Assembly (NCBI RefSeq): GCF_009834535.1
Contig: NC_045707.1
Coordinates: 52,578,001 to 52,642,000, forward strand
Direction of reading: 5' to 3'
Origin: Camelus ferus
Taxonomy: Eukaryota
DNA: 64,000 nt
The notes beneath the pieces were generated by a model. It saw only the letters and a program-made list of their open reading frames with translations, was not told where the DNA came from and made no database searches. This document shows positions 10,820-22,660 of this stretch, in pieces. The first letter of the stretch is position 1, and the number at the start of each line of letters is the position of its first letter. The position numbers and the translations under genes are program-made.

Positions 10820-13800
10820 TTCCACATATGAGCGATCTCATATGGTATTTTTCTTTCTCTTTCTGGCTTTCTTCATTTAGAATGACGTTCTCCAGGAAAA
10901 CCCATGTTGCTGCAAATGGTGTTATGTTGTAGGTTTTTATGGCTGAATAGTATTCCATTGTATAAATATACCACTTCTTCTGTATGCACTCATCTGTCGA
11001 TGGACATTTAGGCTGTCTCCATGTCTTGGCTATTGTAAATAGTGCTGCTATGAACACTGGGGTGCAGGTGTCATTCTGAAGTAGGGTTCCTTCTGGATAT
11101 ATGCCCAGGAGCAGGATTCCTGGGTCATATGGTAAGTCTATTCCTAGTCTTTTGAGGAATCTCCATACTGTTTTCCACAGTGGCTGCACCAAATTGCATT
11201 CCCACCAGCAATATAGGAGGGTTCCCTTTTCTCCACAGCCTCTCCAGCATTTGTCATTTGTGTGCTTCTGAATGATGGCCATTCTGACTGGTGTGAGGTG
11301 ATACCTCATTGTAGTTTTGATTTGCATTTCTCTGATAATTAGTGATAATAGATCATTTGTATTTCTTCCTTGGAGAATTGCTTGTTTAGGTCTTCTGCCC
11401 ATTTTTGGATTGGGTTGTTTGGTTGTTTCTCATTAAGTTGTATGAGCTGCTTATATATTCTGGAGATCAAGCATTTGTCGGTTTCATTTGCAAATGTTTT
11501 CTCCCACTCTGTAGGTTGTCTTTTTGTTTTACTTATGGTTTCCTTTGCTGTGCAGAAGCTTGTAAGTTTCATTAGGTCCCATTTTTTTATTCTTGCTTTT
11601 ATTTCTATTGCTTGGATAGACTGTCCTAGGAGAACATTTTTGAGATGTATGTCAGATAATGTTTTGCCTATATTTTCTTCTAGGAGGTTTATTGTAACAT
11701 CTTATGTTTAAGTCTTTGATCCATGTTGAGTTTATTTTTGTGTATGGTGTAAGGGAGTGTTATAGCTTCATTGATTTACATGCTGCTGTCCAGTTTTCCC
11801 AACACCATTTGCTGAAGAGGCTGTCTTTATTCCATTGTATATTCTTGCCTCCTTTGTCGAACATTTGTTGACCAAAAGTTTGTGGGTTCATTTCTGGGCT
11901 CTCTATTCTGTTCCATTGGTCTATATGTCTGTTTTTGTACCAATACCATGCTGTCTTGATGACTATAGCTCTATAGTATTGTCTGAAGTCTGGGAGTTAT
12001 TCCTCCAGCCTCCTTCTTTTTCTTCAGTAATGCTTTGGCAATTCTAGGTCTTTTGTGGTTCCATATAAATTTTATTATGATTTGTTCTAGTTCTGTGAAA
12101 TATGTCTTGGGTAATTTGATAGGGATTGCATTAAATCTGTAGATTGCCTTGGGCAGTGTGACCATTTTAACAATATTGATTCTTCCAATCCAAGAGCATG
12201 GGATATCTTTCCGTTTTTTAAAGTCTTCCTTAATTTCCTTCATCAATGGTTTATAGTTTTCTGTGTATAATTCTTTCACCTCCTTGGTTAGATTTATTGC
12301 TAGGTATTTTATTACTTTGGGTGCTATTTTAAAGGGGATTGTTTCTTTACTTTCTTCTTCTGTTGATTTATCGTTAGTGTAAAGAAATGCAACTGATTTT
12401 TGAACTTTAATTTTGTAACCTGCTATCTTGCTGAATTCTTCGATCAGCTCTAGTAGCTTTTGTGTGGACCTTTTAGGGTTTTCTATATATAGTAACATGT
12501 CATCCGCATATACTGACACTTTTACCTCTTCTTTTCCAATTTGGATACCTTTTATATCTCTCTCTTGCCTGATTGCTGTGGCCAGGACTTCCAAGACTAT
12601 GTTGAATAGGAGTGGTGATAGTGGGCATCCTTGTCTTGTCCCAGATTTTAGTGGGAAGCTTTTGAGTTTTCCATGGTTGAGTACTATGCTGGCTGTAGGT
12701 TTGTCATCTATAGTTTTTATTATGTTGAGATAAGTTCCCTCTATACCCACTTTAGTGAGAGTTTTTATCATAAATGGTTGTTGAATTTTATCAAATGCTT
12801 TTTCTGCATCTATTGAGATGATCATGTGGTTTTGTCCTTTCTCTTGTTGATGTGATGTATCACATTGATTGATTTGCATATGTTGAACCACCCTTGTGTT
12901 CCTGGGATGAACCCCACTTGATCATGATGTATAATCTTTTTTATGTGTTGTTGGATTCTATTTGCTAATCTTTTGGTGAGGATTTTGGCGTCTATGTTCA
13001 TTAATGATATTGGCCTATAACTCTCTTTTTTGGTAATGTCTTTGCCTAGTTTTGGTATCAGGGTGATGGTGGCTTCATAGAATGAGTTTGGGAGTATTCC
13101 TTCTTTCTCAATCTTCTGGAAGAGTTTGAGAAGGACTGGTATGAGTTCTTCTTTGTATGTTAGGTAGAATTCCTTGGTGAAGCCCTCTGGTCCTGGACTT
13201 TTATTTGTAGGGAGGTTTTTTATTGCTAATTTGATTTCATTTCTAGTGATCGGTTTGTTCAAGTGTCAGTTTCTTCTTGGTTCAGTCTTGGTGGACTATA
13301 TGTTTGAAGAAACTTGTCCATCTCCTCTAGGTTATCCATTTTGGTTCCATATCCATTTAATATGCTCATATGATATTCTGTATTTCTATGTTATTTGTTG
13401 TAATTTCTCCATTATCCTTTCTTATTTTGCTAATTTGTGCTCTTTTTTCTTCTTTGTGAGTTTGGCCAGACATTTGTTGATTTTATTTACTTTTTCAGAA
13501 AACCACCTTTTGGTTTGATTGATTTTTTCTATTTTTTAAAAAATCTCTGTTTTATTTATTTGCTCCCTGATCTTTATTATTTCCTTCCTTCTGCTGACTT
13601 TTGGGTGTTTTAATTCTTTTTTCTAATTCCTTTAGGTGGTGGGTTAGATTGTTTATTTGAGATTGTTCTTCTTTTTTGAAGAAGCCCTTTTTCACTATAA
13701 ACTTCCCTCTTAAAACTACCTTTGCTGTGTCCCATAAATTTTGTGTGGTTGTGTTTTCATTTTCATTTGTCTCAAGGTAGTTTTTAATTTCAACTTTGAT

Positions 13801-14593
13801 TTCATTATTGACCCATTGGTTTTATAATAGCATGTTGTTTAATATCCATGCTTTCCTTTTTTTCTCTTTTGTTTCTCTGTAGTTGATTTCTAGTTTCATG
13901 GCATTGTGGTCAGTAAAGATGCTTGAGATAATTTCTATCTTCTTAGCATTATTGAGGTTTCTTTTGTCCCCAAGTACGTGATCAATCTTAGAAAATGTTC
14001 CATGTGCACTTGAAAAGAATGTATATCGTATTTTGGGGGTGTGTAATGCTCTGAAAATATACACCAAATCTAATTTTTCTATTGTATTATTTAATTTCTC
14101 TGTTGCCTTATTTATTTTCTGTTTGGAAGATCTGTCTAGTGATGTTAATGAGGTGTTAAAATCTCCAACTATGATTGTATTCCCATCAATATCCCCCTTT
14201 ATCTCTGTTAGTAATTGTTTTATGTACTTAGGTTCTCCTATATTGGGTGCATTTATGTAAATGAGTGTAATATCCTCATCTTGTCTCACTCCTTTAATCA
14301 TTATAAAATGTCCTTCTTTATCTTTCATTATGGCCTTTGTTTTAAAGTTTATTTTGTCTGAAATCAGTACTGTTACACCTGCTTTTTTTGGCTTTTCCAT
14401 TTGTATGGACTATCCTTTGCCATCCTTTCACTCTCAATCTATATGTGTCCTTCTCCCTAAAGTGGGTCTCTTGTATGCAGCATATTGAAGGTTCTTGCTT
14501 TATTATCCAGTCCGCCACTCTATGTCTTTTGATTGGAGGATTTAGTCCTTTAACATTTACAATAATTAATGATAGATGTGTGTTTACTACCAT
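10815..14593 (-). pseudogene. L1 ORF2p (APE endonuclease + reverse transcriptase), several frameshifts
   Basis: Fragments in order: NVKGLNPPIKRHRV..CCIQETH; IIVGDFNT..FSKIDH..TDHN (EN); [48 protein letters not shown] (RT); [14 protein letters not shown] (C-terminus). Confidence 0.96.
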
Positions 14594-15003
14594 TTTGAAC
14601 TTATATTTGCAGTTGATTTGGTATTTCCTCTTTGTGCCTTTCTTCTTTTTTTTGTGGTTTGGTAATTTTCCTTTGTATTATCATGGATTTTATTTAGTTT
14701 TTGTGACTCACTTGTAAGTTTTTGGCTTGTGGTTACATTTTTTTTGTAAGTCTATTAGCCCATTTCTATAACTGTTTTTATTAAACAGATAGTAATATAA
14801 GCTCAAACCCATCCTACTGAGAACAAAAAATTTTTAAAAAGAAAGAAAGAAAAATGCTCTCTATTTTCTTGCTTCCCTCTCCTACTCTTAATGATTTAGA
14901 TGTCTTCTTTTACAATTTTGTGTTTATTCTATCTGTAATTCGTGAGTTATCATCTTTCTGGTTATGAGTTTCTCATTTCTGTAGCATCCTGCTTCTTTTC
15001 TAT

Positions 15004-15842
15004 TTAGAGTAGACCGTTCAATATTTCTCTCCTTCTATTGTAAAGGATAGCCTTGCTGGATAAAGTATCCTAGGCTGCATCTTTTTTTCATTCAGGACTT
15101 TGAATATATCTTGCCACTCCCTTCTGGCCTATAGTGTTTGTGTAGAGGAATCAGCTGAGAGCCTTATTGGGGTTCTCTTGTAACTCACTCTTTGTTTTTC
15201 TCTTGCTGACTTTAGAATCCTTTCTTTATCTTTGACTCTGGCCATCTTGATTATGATCTGTCTTGGTGTGGGTCTATTTGGGTTCTTCCTGTTTGGGACC
15301 CTCTAAGCTTCCTGTACTTGGATATCTGATTCCTTCTTTCAGTTTGGGAAGTTTTCAGTCATGATTTCTTCCAATACCTTTTCAATCCCCATTGATCTTT
15401 CTTCCCCTTCTGGGACCCCTATTATGCGTAGATTGGCACCTTTATATTATCCCATAGGTCCTGTTATGTTGTTTTCATTAGTTTTTATTTGTTTTTCTCT
15501 CAGCTGTTCTGATGGAGTGCTTTCTGTTGTCCTTTCTTCTAGGTCACTTATTCGTTCCTCTGCATTATCTAGTCTGCTTTGTACAGCCTTTAGATCAGCT
15601 CTCATCTCGGCCAATAAGTTTATCAGTTCTACTTGTCTCTTCTTTATAGCTTCGATTTCAATTTTGACATATTTTATAAATCTAAACACTACCTCTTTTA
15701 GTTCCTTCAGTACTTTGATCACTCCTTTTTTGAAATCTTGATCTAGTAGGCCATCAATGTCTAGTTCATTGATCATTCTTTCAGGAGATTTGTCTTGCTC
15801 TTTGAATTGGGAATCGTTCCTCTGCTTCTTCATCTTGCTCAT
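15004..15842 (-). pseudogene. L1 ORF1p, frameshifted with a C-terminal deletion
   Basis: MSKMKKQRNDSQFKEQDKSPE, coiled coil SRLDNAEERISDLEER, then QPRILYPARLSFTIEGE and EILNGLL-stop (TAA at 15004-15006). Confidence 0.92.
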
Positions 15843-16319
15843 ATCTCTCTGGCACTGTGGCTTATGGAGTATCAGTTATCTGTTGTGGTCCTTAAGGAGT
15901 TTATTTATTTATCTATCTAATGCCTATGCAGGAATAAAACTTAAAAAAAAAAGAGAGGGAAAGAGAATTTTAAAAGAAGGGAGAAAAAAAGGTTTGAAAA
16001 CAGTGTATAATCAATAATAGAACAATTTGAATCAGACTATCAATCGAGTTGAAACGTCTTTTTAAAAACCTTAAAAAAAGGAAAAAAGAGCAAAAAACAA
16101 TATTTGAAACCTGTGTTGAAATCAGTAACAGGAGATCAAAACCAAGAGAAATGAAAATGAAACCAGGTGTATTTTTGAAAATAATAAAAATAAAAATATT
16201 TTAAAAGAAAAAATTTTAAGGGATTAATAGTGGAAGCATATGCAATTGTTTAGAAAGTAGAAATTAAAAGGGTAATAGAAAATAGAACAGTTAAAAAAAA
16301 GATTTTAAAAAAGAGGTGG

Positions 16320-17475
16320 TGTTCTCATGGAGACTGTGTGCTCCTAATGATTTTATCTAGAAGTCTTTCTGTCTTCGCCCTGTTTTGTGAACTCAGCTTG
16401 CTGTTCCCAGAGGCCCTCTGTCGGCGCCCTTTGTCTGTGTTGCTCCCAGTGCCTGTTGGCAAGCAGATCGCTCCAACACTGTGGTCAGTGGTTGTGCTCC
16501 TGCCAGGAAGGCGGGTGGCCACCCGCCCTCTCCCAGTGCAGGTTGCTCCACTGCTCTGTGCAGCTGCCCGCTCCACCTCGGGTCAGGCGCTCCGTAGGCA
16601 GGCTCTGGGAGGACTGTGGAACAGCCCCACCCCTGTTCTGTGACAAAACCTAGCTCCTTGTTTGTCTTGGTGGCGTGAGTTCTCTGAGGGACCAGGGAGG
16701 AACAATCCTATCTGCCTTGGGATGTAAACAAGTCTCTACCTGGCCTTTGAGGCTGCTGAGCCCTTAGGTGTGGATTCAGGTTTTGCCCTCACCCCTGCCT
16801 GGGTGCTAAGTGCCAGAGGATATGGTGGCTGTGCCTGAGCCCTGCCTCTCTTTGCCTGAAAACCTTCTGTGGGTTTTCAGAGATGGGGCTATGGCACCCT
16901 TCCCCCCAGGGCACCTCAGCCATGTTGTTTTATGGAGGGCCCAGGTTGTTCTGCCCTGTGCACCCACTCATCCACAGCATGCAGCACTCTGTAGTCCCCC
17001 AGGGCTGCCTCAGTGCAGCCACCCCAGTCCTCCGTCCGGCTCGGGCAGCCTGTCCCGGCCTCCAGCTGCCAGCTCGCATCTCGAACTGGGGGTTGCAGGG
17101 ACCCTCTGTGCCCATTTAACTTAGTTCTGTCAGTCAAGGACTGCTCCATACAGATCTGAGCCTTGGAGGCTCCCCCTCCATCCCACTGGCCTCTCAGTTG
17201 GAGAGGGGAGACCCAGCAAATGAGCACCAGTCCCCTTTTGCCACTCCCTCCCCGAGGGACCCATCCTGCATTGTTTTGCCTTTTCTTCTTCTTTTTTTTT
17301 TTCCTTTTCTCCTTCCAGATTTTTGGCATCTTTGTCTTTTGAGGAGGACGATGTTCTTTCAGAGCTCTGCAGGTGCTCTGGTTCGCTGAGTGGGTCCGTG
17401 GATGTGAGTTTTGGCATATTTGTGGGAGAGGGTGATGTACGAGCATCCTTCTACTCTGCCATGTTGGCCCCCTTC
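16320..17475 (-). promoter_or_regulatory. GC-rich L1 5'UTR (internal promoter region)
   Basis: GC-rich segment at the L1 5' end with a YY1-like AACATGGC motif close to the start. Activity not demonstrable from sequence. Confidence 0.6.
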
Positions 17476-17906
17476 GGAAATTTGTGTTGAGATTTGAAAA
17501 AACACACAAAATGCATAGCCTAGGAATACAAAATAAAAAAGAAAAGAAAAAGTAAAGATGGCATGAATATGTAAAATATATGTAGATGCTGGCCTGGTTT
17601 ACTGTTTGCCATCATAGGATACAGACAAATCTATTATTAAAAGATAAAATGTATCAAAACTTACGTGCACACACACACATTTATAGACCATGCATGGTGC
17701 TATTCTTATGAAAGAGAAATGTAAACAGGTCTACAGATGCAGAATTAAAACACAACTGCATAAATAACTGCATAAAATAACTCCCTGGCCCCTCTTGTGG
17801 CTGCTGTGATGAGCACAAATTCAGCAGGTATCTGCTTAAAACACCAGGTGACAGTCCTCACCTGCGCATGAGCCGCTCCTCTTTCCAGTAAATTGTGAAT
17901 CTCAGT
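17476..17906 (+). mobile_element. Tigger2 continuation after the L1 insertion
   Basis: gagatttgaaaaaa..catgaatatgtaaaatatatgtagat..tatcaaaacttacg..gagaaatgtaaaca..ccagtaaattg resumes the consensus where it broke at 10488, and parallels 35790-35930. Confidence 0.85.
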
Positions 17907-18164
17907 TTCACTCCAAAAACTGTGCAGTAACCAAGGAAGGATGTGGACTTGTCATCTGACACCAATATTGTCCTGATCTGCTTCCTCATATGAAATTCCC
18001 TGACATGTGGAACAAGATACTCAGTCCCCTGCTCTTCCCACGATTCGATTTTCTTCTGGTTACTTTTGTCTCCAGGAGCCTACATTCACCAACTTTGATA
18101 CGTTTACTTACCTCCCCAATTTGTGTACCAAAACTTCCAACAGGCTAGGCACTACCAGAATTGA

Positions 18165-18270
18165 CTCGTTTAATGATCATGTCAAGCCTGTAATTAGGCA
18201 TTATTATCCTCCCCTTACAGATCAGAAAATTGAGGCACTAAGTGATTTAAGACACAATTTACCAAGAGTC
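18165..18270 (-). mobile_element. MIR SINE fragment
   Basis: MIR core-like attattatcctccccttacagatcagaaaattgaggcac. Confidence 0.65.
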
Positions 18271-20339
18271 TCAGACGTAGAGACAGAGGAGGCTTAACTA
18301 TGAGCAGGGAGACCCCAGGGCTCCACACCACACCTGCCCCCCAGCCGGGAGGCGGACGTGCTGGGCGTGGGTGTTCCAGGCAGATAGTCATGTAAGTTTT
18401 GGGACAAGGCATCTGTGTGCAGGCGAAGAGAGTTGCTCCACTGCACCCAAGTGAGGAAACAGCAGAGCAACAGCACCCACATCCTACTCTCCCAAAACGC
18501 CCGGGTCGTCTTTGTGGGCCAGACCCCCGGGAGGGCCTCTGCAGCCACTTCCCTGTTAAGCGTTTCCAGGTGTCCCCACCTTTCCGCAGAAACTCCAATT
18601 TATTACTTTTAATATATTGATTAAATTGTTCTTATTCTCCACCTTCTGACCTGTGTCCTGAGGCTTATTTGCCCTAAGTAAGTGTCTCATCCATGTATTT
18701 GCTGAACCAAAACCCATGTACTCTAACGGGGAAGGGGGCCTTTCCCTAGAAGGACAGGGTGGTGGCCTTTCTCTTGCTCATTCTAGCCTAGAATAATGAG
18801 CAACCAAGATGGAACAGAACAGAACAGAACATAATAAAATGACCAAGACAAACCAGACTGAACACCCCACCAGGGACAATCCTGTGGGCAGGTCCGGCTG
18901 AGTGAGTGTAAGCGGGGGGTGGATGAAGAACCTGTCGCCGGGTGACATCGCCCCGGGACGGGGTGCCTCCCTCTCAGGGGTGCTGGGGACCAGGGCAGGA
19001 TTCACAGGTGCTAAAGGGCTGCACACCTGAGCCACAGGGAGCTGTGCGGGGGGTGTGGAGTCAGGCAGGGGCACCCAGGAGAGGGCCAGAAACTGCTTCT
19101 GGCCGGATGGGGAATCCCAGCAGCTCCAGCAGCAAGCCCCCCTCCCCGCCGCCCCCCGCAGCTGTTCTGAACAGGACGGGAGAGCCCTGACCCCCGGCCA
19201 AGCCACAGAGAGACGTGGCCCGGCTTGCGAGCCTTCTCGTGGTTGTCCAGGCTGATCTGAGGCTGTGTCCTGAGTTATCTTCGCACAGGAACAGGCGCAG
19301 CAAGTCTACTCAGCATGCTATGTTTCTATCCTTTGCTTTCTCAGAAATGTAACTTTAGAAAAGTCTAAGTGATATGAGCAAAGTCACACTGAAGGAATAT
19401 GTTCCATGTGGAGCGAGAGCCCCGGGGAACAGAGTGTCCGGAGGCGGGCGGTGCCGGTGCGCGGGCGGAGGTGGCTGGAGACTGGAGGCAGGTGGCAAGA
19501 GGAGGGAGGCAGGGGACACAGGAGGGGGGCGAGAGGAGATGGAGACAGATGGTGGGGAAGGGGGGCTGGACAGAGGAGAGACCCCCCCCCCCAAGGGAGA
19601 GGATGAGGGCACTATTCCTCTCCCTCCTGGGAATCTCAGCTTCATACAGATCTGCTGCTGGAGCCAAGAAGCAAGTATCACATGGAAACCACCAACGTGG
19701 TAAGCAAAGAAGGACTGGCAGTGACCATGCAGGTCTGGGTTGGCCAGTTACTTTAGCTGCACAGGCGGACAGAGCTGCTCTGCCTCCAACCAGGGCCGTG
19801 GTACCCGCTTTCAAAGGGGGTTAGGAGATGTGGGGGGGGGGGTTTCAGTGTCCCACTAACTGGAGATGCCGCTGGCACCTAGGGGGTGGGGTCATGTGGT
19901 TAATGCCCTGTAATCCACAGGTCTGCCAGGCTTCCTTCAAAGTGTGGATTGCAACCCAGAGAGGAACACTGGAAAAAGCATAGCACAAAGATTTGGGCTG
20001 AGAGTAGAAAAGGAAGACAAAGGAAGATGGAGGGTGAGAAGAGAGGGGACAGGTGGGTGTGCATTTGGGCAGATGCTCTGAACGCATCGCTAGTCAGTCA
20101 CCAGGCTGAGAATAGAACCATGGATCATTGCTGCTGTAGGAACGAGGACTTTGAATAGTGCGGGGGGAGGAGGGGGAAAGGAAGGAGAGCTGGAGGAGGC
20201 GCAGGCAAGGCCAACACCAGCTCGGGCTGTGCATCCCGTCCCTCAGGCTCCAGGTCGCTCTGTGACAGAGTGCTTGCCCGACCATCCCACTCACTCCTTT
20301 CTCCACCGCCCCTCTGTCCGAGCTCTTTGGGGTTTGCAG

Positions 20340-20665
20340 ACTGTCTGAAAACATACCTGGAGTTCTGGTTTTATCCAGGTATGGTGATGCCAACAGAGCA
20401 GGAGACCACCGCCAGAAAGAAGACGTTTGTTACTCACAGAGCCCGAGAGGAGGGGTGGCACTGCCCTGTGCGGGGGGCCACGCGGTGAAGCCCGGGGGTC
20501 GGGCAGGAGGTCGAGGCAGAGCGGGGGGTTTACGAGGGACCGAATGGGTGAGGACAGGGAAGCAAGCTTAGCTTAGCATCGAAGAGTTCAACCAGTTGCA
20601 GCAGGCGTGGGGGCTCATGGTGGCCTCGGCTCGGCTGGCACCCAGCCTTGGGCTGATCTGTGGCA
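20340..20665 (-). mobile_element. ERVL-class LTR (MER74/LTR53-like)
   Basis: catacctggagttctggttttatccaggtatggtgatgccaacagagcaggagac...gtttgttactcacagagcccgagaggagggg matches the recalled antisense consensus. Confidence 0.7.
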
Positions 20666-21161
20666 TTTCTGGGGAAATTTACTGACGGCAAGATTAAGAC
20701 TATTGAAGCATTTTCAATGGCCTGAAAGATGTTAAAGTCAAACTTCAGAATAAACATCAGTAAAGACTTTGGTATTAAAAGCCCTGGTGTGAATGAATGA
20801 ACACATATGTAATCAATGCATCCTTAAGAAACTGTTTCTCCAATTACCTGTTTTTATATTATCTAGCTTGTCTGGTATTTCCCACACATATACACTGTGT
20901 AAATACAAATGTGTCAGCTTCACATGATTTCTGGCACCCACTTTGAGGAAGAGGAAACATGCGTTCTAGGAGAAATGTAATACATCCTGGTTTAATGAAT
21001 ATTGCTACCTCTGAACCTTCTTTTAGAGTGTGTAGGCTGGTAAAAAGTGTTTTGTGACTCATTTACATTTGAGATTAAATGACGTATCAGCATATCACAT
21101 ATAAAATTCCAAATAAATGAACACGCTTAATGAATCTGAAAATACCCACTGTGTGTTGAAA

Positions 21162-21280
21162 TAGTGGAGTCTCATTGTCACTGTTATCATTTGGGGCTGG
21201 GTTATCGTCTGATGTGGGGGCTGCCTGTGCATTTTAGGGTTGGACGCTGGTACCATTATCACCCTCATCCAACTGTGATT
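21162..21280 (-). mobile_element. MER20 (hAT-Charlie) fragment
   Basis: cactgttatcatttggggctgggttatcgtctgatgtgggggctgcctgtgcattttaggg resembles antisense MER20. Confidence 0.65.
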
Positions 21281-21479
21281 CTGGCTTCAAGCAGTGTGGA
21301 CAGCTTGTTGGTTCCCTACGTGACAGAAGCACACGAATGGCTGTTCCTTCACGTAATCCTTCATTCACTTACCAAGGGTGTAGGAGGCACGTCCCCTGGC
21401 TGCACATTGCTGGAAGTCCTGGAGACACCTCAGTAAACACACAGGCAGAAGCTGGAAGCTGGGGTAAGACAAGAGCGAT

Positions 21480-21725
21480 GGGGAGAAAACACAGAAGGCA
21501 CAAGGTGACAAGCGGTAAGAGGGATGTTGTAAATTAAATGGAGGTCCAGGGGTACTTCACTGAACAGGTGGACATTGGAGCAAAGACTGTAAGAGGTGAG
21601 GGACTGAGGGAGGCTGTTGTCTGGGGAGGAGTTTCCTGGCAGAGAAAGCAGCCTGTGCAAGGGTCCTGGGGCTGGAGTGCACCTGGCTGCCAGGGCAGCA
21701 AGCAGGCCAGGCGGCAGGAGCAGCT
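21480..21725 (-). mobile_element. L2 LINE 3' fragment
   Basis: aggtggacattggagcaaagactgtaagaggtgaggga...cctggcagagaaagcagcctgtgcaagggtcctgggg is typical antisense L2. Confidence 0.75.
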
Positions 21726-21769
21726 GTGTGCTGGACGTCAAGTCAGCAGCCTCACGGTCACTGTCAGGA

Positions 21770-22440
21770 CATTGCTCGCTGCCACATTTGCTTTATTCTG
21801 CTCTGTACCCCCCTGCACGCGTGTGCACACACCTCACCTTTTTCTGAATTGTTTGAGAGTTCATTCATTGTTCGCATGTTACCCATTTATCTCCACATCT
21901 TACTGTGTCTTTAAAGCACAGAGATTGTCCTATGCAACAGCGGTACAGTTTTTAAACTTCGGGAGAGCAACTTTGGTCCGATCTTATTAGCTACTCTATC
22001 AAACTTCTTAGGATTTGACCAAGCTTGCTTGTCGTGTTCTGGAAGGAAGGAAGTTCTGGAAGGACGGAAGTTCTGGACCTTGCGTCCCACTAGGTCATGG
22101 GGTCTCCCCTGATTGGGGTGAGTTCTCGGTGTTTCTGCACATTTCGTGTAGTTCACTGTCTTGAAGAAAGGAGGCCAGTTGTCCTGAAGAGTACCTTCGG
22201 TTTAGATTCGTGGGCTGCTTCCCCGGGAACACACGTTAGGCAGAAACCCCACGGCGGGGAGGCTGTCCGTCCCTCTCCACCACACCGGGGGCACGGGAGA
22301 GGGGGCGTCCCCTTCTGGGGCTGGTAACTTTGGTCACTTGACTGGTGATGTCTGTGAGGTTACTATTTCCCCCTGGTAATTAATACGTGTCTTGGATGAG
22401 ATGCCTGAGACTGTGTAAATATCTGGTTATTCCTGAAAAC
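21770..22440 (-). mobile_element. Old L1 3'UTR fragment (L1MC/MD-like)
   Basis: ttttctgaattgtttgagagt and taactttggtcacttg...gttactatttccccctggtaattaata...gagactgtgtaaatatc motifs. Confidence 0.55.
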
Positions 22441-22444
22441 CAGG

Positions 22445-22660
22445 CAGAGCCTTGTCTTCTCCACAAACATCAAGAGGCCAGAAGACAGCCGAGTCCTTAG
22501 TGCTGAGACAAACAGCTGCCGGCCTTCAGTCCTCTAAAGTGAAAATATCCTTGAAGAATGAAGATGAAATAAAATCATTTTCAGGAAAAACAAAATCTGA
22601 AAAGTCAAGTTATGGAGGAAAAAAAACTCTTTGTTCCCCTGAAGATGCTCCTGAGAAGAA
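22445..22660 (+). mobile_element. Old L1 ORF1 C-terminal fragment
   Basis: Translation KVKISLKNEDEIKSFSGK resembles the L1 ORF1p motif AKISFKNEGEIKTFSDK. Confidence 0.65.

Larger units (their letters stand above)
10492..17475 (-). mobile_element. Full-length LINE-1, about 7.0 kb, inactivated
   Basis: 5' end GAAGGGGGCCAACATGGCAGAGTAG, GC-rich 5'UTR, ORF1, spacer, ORF2 (EN, RT, C-terminal), 3'UTR and poly(A). Near-TSD ggaatttgtg (10479-10488) / ggaaatttgtg (17476-17486). Confidence 0.97.

Noticed and set aside
10815..15842. Active reverse transcriptase, retron or novel RT system
   Set aside because: Ordinary LINE-1 ORF1/ORF2 with many frameshifts and deletions.
16325..17509. ORF0-like or upstream ORFs in the L1 5'UTR
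   Set aside because: GC-rich sequence with ORFs in many frames, several called from non-ATG starts, and no recognisable homology.
22035..22077. 17-bp direct repeat (GTTCTGGAAGGA.GGAA, 2.5 copies) and similar micro-duplications near 17753, 39070 and 44162
   Set aside because: Ordinary slippage duplications with no further structure.
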